The notes below the pieces were generated by a model. The model ran no database searches. It saw only the letters and a program-made list of their open reading frames with translations, and was not told where the DNA came from. A program made the position numbers and the translations under genes. From the NCBI GenBank assembly GCA_903927935.1, contig CAIYOV010000293.1, positions 1-46,890 on the forward strand: a stretch of 46,890 nt of DNA, in the 5' to 3' direction. Of this stretch, positions 31,746 to 38,522 are shown piece after piece (positions within the stretch are counted from its first letter, which is position 1; the number at the start of each line of letters is the position of its first letter). The DNA is from an uncultured Bacteroidota bacterium. Lineage in GTDB: Bacteria > Bacteroidota > Bacteroidia > Chitinophagales > LD1.

Positions 31746-32375
31746 TTATTTTTTAGCTTTTTGAACTGCCTGTTTGCCAACCGCTTTACTGTTTGCTTTT
31801 CCGCTGGCTTCGCCGCTTTTCTCCAGGCGATTCAAAACTCTCTTTATTGTATTCTTTAAATAATTATGATCGTTAAATACACGGCTGAACATCAGGCTTC
31901 CTTCAATTTCCGCTACACTTCTTTCCGCTAATTCAGTGGCAATTGCTTCAGAATATTTATCGAGATAAATGGTTTTTACAGCGTGAAAAAAATCGAGAAA
32001 GAAACGTTGCACGAGCGTGTTGAACTCCGGAGCCATTAAGGCTGTTTCAACGCCCATGTTTCCTAAGAGGTTCCCTTTTTCTTCATTGAGGAAAACCTTT
32101 TCCGCTGCCAGGAAAAGGCGCTCTAATCTTTTCTGAGGGGGAACGCTTTTGTCGTAAGCATGGCTGAATACATTGGTCTTGAAAAATTCATGCACATTCT
32201 TAATCACCTTACACATCAAATCTTCTTTGCTGGGGAAGTAGTGATAGAGTGAACCTTTCTGCAAACCACAGGCATCGGCTATCTGACTCATAGAGGTATT
32301 GAAATAACTTTGCTTTCTGAAAAGCTTCAGTGCTTCAATAATGATAATCTGTTCGTCAACCTTCTGTTTAGGCAT
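31746..32375 (-). CDS. TetR/AcrR family transcriptional regulator (likely fatty-acid degradation regulator)
   Basis: 209 aa. N-terminal HTH IIEALKLFRKQSYFNTSMSQIADACGLQKGSLYHYFPSKEDL. It is the first gene of the minus-strand beta-oxidation cluster. Confidence 0.9.
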   Translation of the reverse strand: MPKQKVDEQIIIIEALKLFRKQSYFNTSMSQIADACGLQKGSLYHYFPSKEDLMCKVIKNVHEFFKTNVFSHAYDKSVPPQKRLERLFLAAEKVFLNEEKGNLLGNMGVETALMAPEFNTLVQRFFLDFFHAVKTIYLDKYSEAIATELAERSVAEIEGSLMFSRVFNDHNYLKNTIKRVLNRLEKSGEASGKANSKAVGKQAVQKAKK

Positions 32376-32418
32376 GTCCTTGAAATACGGGATACGAAAG
32401 TAAAAACAGTTTTTAATT

Positions 32419-32434
32419 TACCAAACGGTCGGTC
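32419..32434. promoter_or_regulatory. candidate TetR operator in the tetR / acyltransferase divergent intergenic region
   Basis: TACCAAACGGTCGGTC has the reverse complement GACCGACCGTTTGGTA, which matches 14 of 16 positions of the 31726-31741 site. Confidence 0.45.
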
Positions 32435-32474
32435 GGGAAAATATTTTGAGCTTTCGGTTACATTCGCCTCCACT

Positions 32475-33053
32475 ATGGGAAAACTTATTTCAAAACTGAT
32501 CTTCAAAATTTTCGGCTGGACATTTAAAGACCATGTTGGCGGTGGATATAGCCGTTGCGTAATGATTGCAGCACCGCATACCAGCAATTGGGACCTAGTT
32601 TTTGCCCGCGCGGCTTTTTACCTGATGGATATTCCGGTACGCTATACGGTTAAGAAAGAATGGATGCGTTTTCCGTTCGGTTTGATTTTCGGACCACTGG
32701 GGGCTATTGCTATTGACAGAAGCCCTAAAAAAGAAGGCGAGGAAAGACAAAGTATGACCGAAGCGATGATTGAGCTTTTTAAGCAAAATGATAATCTGGC
32801 GGTGATGGTAACTCCCGAAGGTACCCGCTCGCTGCGGACAAAATGGAAAACCGGTTTTTATCATGTAGCGGTTGGAGCTAAAGTGCCTATTGCCCTCGGC
32901 TATTTAGATTACAAAAACAAAGTGGCTGGTGTGGGCAAACTTGTTCATCCAAGTGGTGATATTCAGAAAGACATGAGGGAGATAATGGATTTCTACAAGA
33001 ACATTCAGGCGAAATATCCCGAAAATTTTTCGGTCGATTTAGATTATTTCTAA
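32475..33053 (+). CDS. 1-acyl-sn-glycerol-3-phosphate acyltransferase family protein (PlsC-like)
   Basis: I start at the internal ATG 32475 (MGKLISKLIFKIFGW...). The tracked ORF start at 32310 would overlap the TetR gene. HX4D acyltransferase motif HTSNWD and a PEGTRS motif are present. Confidence 0.8.
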   Translation: MGKLISKLIFKIFGWTFKDHVGGGYSRCVMIAAPHTSNWDLVFARAAFYLMDIPVRYTVKKEWMRFPFGLIFGPLGAIAIDRSPKKEGEERQSMTEAMIELFKQNDNLAVMVTPEGTRSLRTKWKTGFYHVAVGAKVPIALGYLDYKNKVAGVGKLVHPSGDIQKDMREIMDFYKNIQAKYPENFSVDLDYF

Positions 33054-33068
33054 AGCGGTCAGACTGCG

Positions 33069-33938
33069 TCAAACCGGGTTTGCAAAGAACTTCAACAGTT
33101 TTTCGTTTACCCAATCCGGATTGTCGTGTTGCACGAAATGTCCGCTGGTTGAATCGTATAATATTTCAAAACCCTTTTCGCAATATTCTTTGGTGTTATA
33201 GGTGAGTTCTTTACCAAGGGCAATATCATGTTCACCCCACAGCATCAGCACAGTTGCTTTTATTTTCGGAAATTGGGGAGATGAAAATAAATTCCGGAAT
33301 GCAGCACGGTAATATGCGATTGCTGACTTTATTGCTTCGGGTTGTTGATACGCTTCCACATATTTCATTACATCTTCTTCATTGAAAGCCTTTTTGTTCA
33401 TCGGCATTACTTCAAACATTTTTCTGAAAAACTTTTCTGTGCCCACTAATCTTTCAGGAACAAAAGGCAATTGGAAAAAGAAGATATACCAGCTCTTCTT
33501 CCATTGAGAAAGATTGAAACTTTCAAAAGCGCGTTTCATTTCGTTGGGGTGAGGCACATTTAAAATAGCCAGCTTCTTTACCACACCTGGGTGAAAAGCA
33601 GCTACAGCCCATGCCACTGCTGCTCCCCAATCGTGGCCTACTACTATGGCGCTTTCTACGCCCAATGCTTTTATGAGTTCGGCAATATCTTTTGCCAGAA
33701 TTTCAATTTTGTAATCGGAAACATTTGCAGGTTTTTCGCTTAAGTTATAGCCGCGCATATCCGGTGCTACTACCCGGTATTGTTTCGACAACACCGGAAT
33801 CTGATTTCTCCATCCGTACCAAAACTCGGGAAAGCCGTGAAGCAGAACAACCAATTCGCCAGTTCCTTCTTCTACATAATGAAGTTTGATGCCGTTGGCC
33901 TGAATAAAATTTGATGTCATATGAGTATGAAAATACAA
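33069..33938 (-). CDS. alpha/beta hydrolase (epoxide hydrolase / haloalkane dehalogenase-like fold)
   Basis: 289 aa. HGFPEFWYGWRNQIP, nucleophile elbow VVGHDWGA, C-terminal SGHFVQHD. The start could instead be the ATG at 33920 (MTSNF...). Confidence 0.85.
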   Translation of the reverse strand: MYFHTHMTSNFIQANGIKLHYVEEGTGELVVLLHGFPEFWYGWRNQIPVLSKQYRVVAPDMRGYNLSEKPANVSDYKIEILAKDIAELIKALGVESAIVVGHDWGAAVAWAVAAFHPGVVKKLAILNVPHPNEMKRAFESFNLSQWKKSWYIFFFQLPFVPERLVGTEKFFRKMFEVMPMNKKAFNEEDVMKYVEAYQQPEAIKSAIAYYRAAFRNLFSSPQFPKIKATVLMLWGEHDIALGKELTYNTKEYCEKGFEILYDSTSGHFVQHDNPDWVNEKLLKFFANPV

Positions 33939-34030
33939 AAACCTGTTTCACATGCATTAACGTTTCAAACGCTGATCGTGATAGAAAATAATATACTTTC
34001 GGTTCCGTTAATTGAATTCAATTTACCGTT

Positions 34031-34732
34031 GTGAAAAAACTGTTTCTTCTATTTCCGCTTTTTGTTTTTGCAGCGAATGTTGCATTGGCACAGGATGATG
34101 AATTACCCCCACCCAGCAGTAAACCCAAACAAACCGAAGAGAAAAAGAGCGACCCAAAGCCCCCTGATGTAAAAGATTTCAAAGGCTTTAGTAAGCCAAA
34201 GAAATTCGATATGTCGAAACTGCTGATTGAGCCGATTGTTAATCTTTCAATCAGCCAATTCAGAATAGATATCGGATTTTCACCTTCGGTAGCTTACCGT
34301 GTTTGGCAACCCAAAAATGCAAAACAAAAATCGGGGAACGTTGGCTTGTTTGTGGGAGGGGGAGTTACTTATTCATATACGCGCATCAACGAAACAGCCA
34401 ACCTGAAATATAATATTCAGACATACGGAGCGGGCCCGCTAATTCAGTATACCATCTGGCGAGGTTTGTTTGCGAGGGTTAAGCTGGAACTGCTGGGAAG
34501 GAAAATTCCAGTTTCACCAGGTCCTTATTATAATGGTCAGTATCATGTTATATATACAAATAAATTTACTCCAGCCTGTCTATTAGGTGCCGGCTATAAT
34601 CTGCTTCAGAGTAAAAACATTTTTGTTCCGCTGATTGTATCGTATGATTTGCTGCATTCGGTAGTAGATAAAAACTATTCTATTTACCCTCGCGGGTTTA
34701 CTGTTCAGCTAGGGTTTATTACGCTTTTCTAA
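34031..34732 (+). CDS. hypothetical exported protein, possibly a small outer-membrane beta-barrel
   Basis: 233 aa with a GTG start. Signal peptide LFPLFVFAANVALAQ, then a Pro/Lys-rich linker and alternating hydrophobic strands, ending in an aromatic residue (..GFITLF). Confidence 0.55.
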   Translation: MKKLFLLFPLFVFAANVALAQDDELPPPSSKPKQTEEKKSDPKPPDVKDFKGFSKPKKFDMSKLLIEPIVNLSISQFRIDIGFSPSVAYRVWQPKNAKQKSGNVGLFVGGGVTYSYTRINETANLKYNIQTYGAGPLIQYTIWRGLFARVKLELLGRKIPVSPGPYYNGQYHVIYTNKFTPACLLGAGYNLLQSKNIFVPLIVSYDLLHSVVDKNYSIYPRGFTVQLGFITLF

Positions 34733-34739
34733 TTTTTTT

Positions 34740-35453
34740 TTATGCGTTTGAAATAAAGCGCACCAGGCTCCTTTTTGCTACCGGCAACATGGTTTCGGGC
34801 AATGGGAATGAATATTTGAATTCTACCGCGTAAGTGGCAGGGTTAGGGACGTTCCGGTGTTCTTCTATCAGTTTATATTTTACCTGTTCGTAGGTATCAG
34901 ATACGGAAGTGGTGTAATTGAAGAGAAACTGTGTGTGAATGCCGCGGAACTTTTCGTGAAGGTTTTCAAAAATAGTGATGCGGTAGAAATAAACGTTGAC
35001 TAATTTCTTAATAAAATCGGAGAGGAAGAAATATCCTTCATCGGTGCGGAGGGGAAGAATGCCTATGGGAAATACTTCCAGCTTGTCTTCTACTTCTTCA
35101 TACAGTTCTTTTCCTAAGCCTATTTTGTTTTCTATTTCGGGTAAGGCAAATTCTACAATAGAATCAATTTCGCGGAGCAGTTCATCGTCTTCAAACTGTT
35201 GTTTATACGCCACTTTAAATTTTTCGAAATCGAGTTTCGAAATCTGTTTCGGAAAATCTTTTGCTACAGCTAACTTTTTTTCGCGGAAGAGCTGCAGGTT
35301 GTTGTAATGCTCTATCAACTCCGAAAGTTTGGGATACAGTTTTTTCTCATCAAAGTTTTTGGTGGTTTGTTGCAGATAGCCGAGCAGCAGATATTTTTTG
35401 TATTCAAAATCTATGGTGCCTTCGGTAAGCCAGTTTGGTTGCAATGTTTCCAT
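34740..35453 (-). CDS. hypothetical cytoplasmic protein
   Basis: 237-aa ORF with no signal peptide, charged and helical-looking. I do not recognise any motif. Confidence 0.6.
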   Translation of the reverse strand: METLQPNWLTEGTIDFEYKKYLLLGYLQQTTKNFDEKKLYPKLSELIEHYNNLQLFREKKLAVAKDFPKQISKLDFEKFKVAYKQQFEDDELLREIDSIVEFALPEIENKIGLGKELYEEVEDKLEVFPIGILPLRTDEGYFFLSDFIKKLVNVYFYRITIFENLHEKFRGIHTQFLFNYTTSVSDTYEQVKYKLIEEHRNVPNPATYAVEFKYSFPLPETMLPVAKRSLVRFISNA

Positions 35454-35636
35454 GGCAATTCGTTTTGTTATTTAACGGAAGTTAGCAGGAGAAGTTGTAG
35501 GGACCCAATGCTAATTAACAAGTAGTAATGCAGAATGTCCATAAACTGTACTCACGCCATAATTCAAAACCGTAGCACGGGTATACTTTACAACCAAATT
35601 AGTTTTTGTAATATAGCCCACACAAAAAAATCTGCA

Positions 35637-36692
35637 ATGAGAAAAAATCTATTTATCAGTTTAATACTTACCGGCATTTTCTGTCAGTCGGTATTTGCAC
35701 AGTATTTTACACTACGGGTAGGCGGTGGCTATGCGTGGCCTGGAATTACTGCCACACAAGGCGTGATGGGCCCTAAGGTTGATCCGTTATCACCGGATAA
35801 AGACGGGCTGCTGCCTATGAGCAACATGAACGATTCGATTCCTTCTATTCAAAGTGTTTATGGTTCTTACGGAAAGGGAATGAACCTTTCGCTTGGCTTT
35901 GGATATATGATAAACCCCTACATTGGCGTAGAGTTGGGCGTTGCCTATTTAAAGAGCGCTAAAATTACCTGCGACCAAACCCGACAGTTGAGTATTCAAA
36001 CCGGTTTTGGTGTGCCGCCTTCTTTTTCAACGGTACCCTATTATATGAATGCGCATATCACTACCAGTGCCTTTGGAGTTTCGCTGATGCCATCGGTTAT
36101 TTTAAAAGGTGCTAAACCGGGTTGGAAAATTTATCCTTACGGACATGTTGGAATTTCGATGCCGATATTTGGCGGGTTGGAGCACGACATAACTATTGAT
36201 GTTGACCCGAATGTTTTTACCGAGCAGCCGCTGCTGGCTAGCAGCATTTACGGAAGCCCTTACTTTTTAGGAAAACAAACTAAGGTGAAACTGAAAACCG
36301 AAGGCACCGTTTCGATTGGGGTGAATGGCGGTATGGGTATTGCGTACAATCCAATTCCGCTCATTAGTATTATGGCAGAAGTGAACGGACAATATTTGGT
36401 AACCCGTGCTAAATCGTCAAAGATTACCCAATGGGATAGCGAGAAAGCAGATGGAACTTTTGAGAGCCGACTGGCCGACCGCGGTGTTTACCGTACCCAG
36501 TTTAACTATGTAGATAAGCTGACGAATACATCGAACAACGAAGATTACAACAGCACCACCGATAAGACCAAACCTAAAGACGATATTCGTCCGGCTGGTC
36601 CGTTCAGCAACCTTGGATTTAATGTTGCGGTTTGCTTTAACCTAAGTAAAGAAATTTTGAAACCGTTTAAAGAAAAGAAGAAGAAAGGCTAA
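35637..36692 (+). CDS. hypothetical outer-membrane beta-barrel-like protein
   Basis: I start at the ATG 35637 (MRKNLFISLILTGIFCQSVFAQ is a clean signal peptide). The tracked start at 35535 adds 34 non-signal residues. Gly/aromatic-rich alternating segments with a Lys-rich tail. Confidence 0.6.
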   Translation: MRKNLFISLILTGIFCQSVFAQYFTLRVGGGYAWPGITATQGVMGPKVDPLSPDKDGLLPMSNMNDSIPSIQSVYGSYGKGMNLSLGFGYMINPYIGVELGVAYLKSAKITCDQTRQLSIQTGFGVPPSFSTVPYYMNAHITTSAFGVSLMPSVILKGAKPGWKIYPYGHVGISMPIFGGLEHDITIDVDPNVFTEQPLLASSIYGSPYFLGKQTKVKLKTEGTVSIGVNGGMGIAYNPIPLISIMAEVNGQYLVTRAKSSKITQWDSEKADGTFESRLADRGVYRTQFNYVDKLTNTSNNEDYNSTTDKTKPKDDIRPAGPFSNLGFNVAVCFNLSKEILKPFKEKKKKG

Positions 36693-36720
36693 GCCCATTT
36701 ATTTTACTTGAATTGAGTAA

Positions 36721-36755
36721 AGGTCATTCTGAGTCTTTTCGGAATGACCTTTTTC
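36721..36755 (+). terminator. rho-independent terminator after the 35637..36692 gene
   Basis: AGGTCATTC-(12-nt loop)-GAATGACCT is a 9-bp perfect stem followed by TTTTTCTTT. Confidence 0.7.
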
Positions 36756-36821
36756 TTTGCATTTTTTCAAATATTGATGATTTTTAAAGAAGAATGGCTG
36801 GAAAATGAAGAAGTCCCTCAT

Positions 36822-37073
36822 GGACTACTCCGCGTCCATCTTACAATTTTTGTCGTCCACCAAGGACTTTCAAAAAAGTAACTTAGTCTGCATGAATTCC
36901 TCGGTGGACTCCAAGGAGACTAACTTGGACTACATGGAGTCTAACTTGGTCTCCTTGGAGCGAAACTTACTTTTAAAGAAAAGTAACTTGGACTACTGCG
37001 CGTCCGTCTTGGTCTCCGAGTAGTCCAAGGTTCCGTCCGAGTAGTCCGAGAAGGACTAATCCATTTTTTAGCA
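36822..37073. repeat. array of 12 x 21-bp units, consensus GGACT-N6-AGTC(C/T)-AACTT (16-bp dyad plus 5-bp spacer)
   Basis: Cutting the sequence every 21 nt from 36822 gives: ggactactccgcgtccatctt / acaatttttgtcgtccaccaa / ggactttcaaaaaagtaactt / agtctgcatgaattcctcggt / ggactccaaggagactaactt / ggactacatggagtctaactt / ggtctccttggagcgaaactt / acttttaaagaaaagtaactt / ggactactgcgcgtccgtctt / ggtctccgagtagtccaaggt / tccgtccgagtagtccgagaa / ggactaatccattttttagca. Units 0 and 8 are 19/21 identical and 168 bp (8 x 21) apart. Confidence 0.85.
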
Positions 37074-37139
37074 GGATATAGTCGGTGTTAAAACTTAATC
37101 GAAGTTTTATGTAACTCCTGTTTTGAATTTATACCTAAC

Positions 37140-37175
37140 AAAAAAGCCCTATCCGGAAACGGAGAGGGCTTTTTT
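37140..37175 (-). terminator. rho-independent terminator after the T9SS esterase gene (sequence looks bidirectional)
   Basis: GCCCTATCCG-GAAA-CGGAGAGGGC hairpin flanked by AAAAAA on the left and TTTTTT on the right, about 20 nt past the stop at 37193. Confidence 0.7.
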
Positions 37176-37192
37176 ATATAAAGCGGAGGAGT

Positions 37193-38395
37193 TTAATCCA
37201 CCATTATTCGTTTAACCAGCAAACCGCCATTTGTTTTGGTCACTTTTACAAAGTAAATGCCACCTGAAAGGTTGTGAATATCGAGGGTCATCATCATATC
37301 TATTACTTTGTTTTCAGCTACTACCCGTCCGGTAGCATCCAATACCTGAATGTTGGAGTAGGCACTCATATCTTTTAATGAAACATAAAGAATGTCTTTA
37401 GCCGGATTTGGGTAAATCTGAACCATGTTATCGTTTGTAATTTCGGTAACACCTGTAGCGCAAACAAACTGTAATAAGTAGTTAGCCAGCGTGGTATCAA
37501 TCTGTGTCATTTCAGCTGCATTCGACTGCCAAGGAACGTGGCCTTCGCCCGGATAAACAATGCTGTAGTGATTTAATGAATATTGCTGATAAAGAGGCTC
37601 CATAGCTCCAAGTCCGCACAAACGAACCGGGGTAAGACCACTTTGAGCGTTTGCACACATATATGGAACTGTTGCATCTGCATCACCCTGTGCATTAAAC
37701 GATGGTGTATTGCCCGGGCCAACAAATTCAGGAACATTTAAGCCTCCTGCCAGATTGATTAGAGCAGTAATGTTAGATGGGTAGCCGGGGTTACCGCTGT
37801 TACCTTCAAGGCCTCCGTTTGCATTAATGATGGAACGCAAAGGAACGGGTGCTTCATTTAAACTATCGATAAACGCCACATGCGCATATAAAACTGAACC
37901 GGCTGAGTTACCGCCACAGAAAATTTTATTGGGGTCAATTTTGTAAGTGTTGGTGGTAGCTGCGTCCTGACGGAAAAAACGAATGGCTGCTTTCCCATCG
38001 CTGATAGCCCTCATTACAGTTGTAATAGCGTTGGCAGAATCGAGCATGGCAAGCGCGTTGCCTAAACGGTAATCAATGGAAGCACACACATAACCGCGCT
38101 TGGCAAAGTTGGTGCATATCTGGGTGCATACATTATCGTTGGTTTTGTTGCCACCAATAAAACTTCCGCCATGCGCCATAATAATAAGCGGGCGCGTACT
38201 CTGTACATCACCGGTGGGCTGGTAAATATCCATTTTAAGAGTAGTGCTGTTTGCCGTGCTATAAGTAACATCTGAAGTAGTGGTTACGTTCGAAAAAACC
38301 AGATCGTGATAACGGCCTGTACACTGCGCATTTGAGTACTGAGCCATCATCATAATGGAACAGCAAAGAAGTAATGAGTAAAATTTTGTTTTCAT
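37193..38395 (-). CDS. secreted alpha/beta-fold carboxylesterase/lipase with T9SS type A C-terminal sorting domain
   Basis: 400 aa with a signal peptide. Oxyanion-hole motif AHGGSF (HGG type) and nucleophile elbow GGNSAGS. The C-terminus (VQIYPNPAKDILYVSL....VLDATGRVV....LDIHNLSGGIYFVKV) is a type A sorting domain. Confidence 0.85.
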   Translation of the reverse strand: MKTKFYSLLLCCSIMMMAQYSNAQCTGRYHDLVFSNVTTTSDVTYSTANSTTLKMDIYQPTGDVQSTRPLIIMAHGGSFIGGNKTNDNVCTQICTNFAKRGYVCASIDYRLGNALAMLDSANAITTVMRAISDGKAAIRFFRQDAATTNTYKIDPNKIFCGGNSAGSVLYAHVAFIDSLNEAPVPLRSIINANGGLEGNSGNPGYPSNITALINLAGGLNVPEFVGPGNTPSFNAQGDADATVPYMCANAQSGLTPVRLCGLGAMEPLYQQYSLNHYSIVYPGEGHVPWQSNAAEMTQIDTTLANYLLQFVCATGVTEITNDNMVQIYPNPAKDILYVSLKDMSAYSNIQVLDATGRVVAENKVIDMMMTLDIHNLSGGIYFVKVTKTNGGLLVKRIMVD

Positions 38396-38522
38396 GTAAA
38401 AATGAAGTTTGAGTTAAAAATATATGTAACGAATGTAAACGAATATAGAATTAATAGTCACGAATTGCACGAATTAACAGGAACTATTTTTTGCCTTTAA
38501 TTCATGCCTTCCGCGGCATATT

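Noticed and set aside
32310-32474. N-terminal extension of the acyltransferase ORF, and ORF 32327..32587 on the minus strand
   Set aside because: The extension overlaps the TetR coding region on the opposite strand and adds non-homologous residues. The internal ATG at 32475 gives a protein that begins just before the HX4D acyltransferase core.
36805-37023. 72-aa ORF (MKKSLMDYSASILQF...) across the second 21-bp array
   Set aside because: I did not call it as a CDS. Its openness follows from the 21-nt periodicity, no promoter-like element was seen, and it lies between two terminators. It is not excluded and is listed as the alternative hypothesis to test by Ribo-seq.
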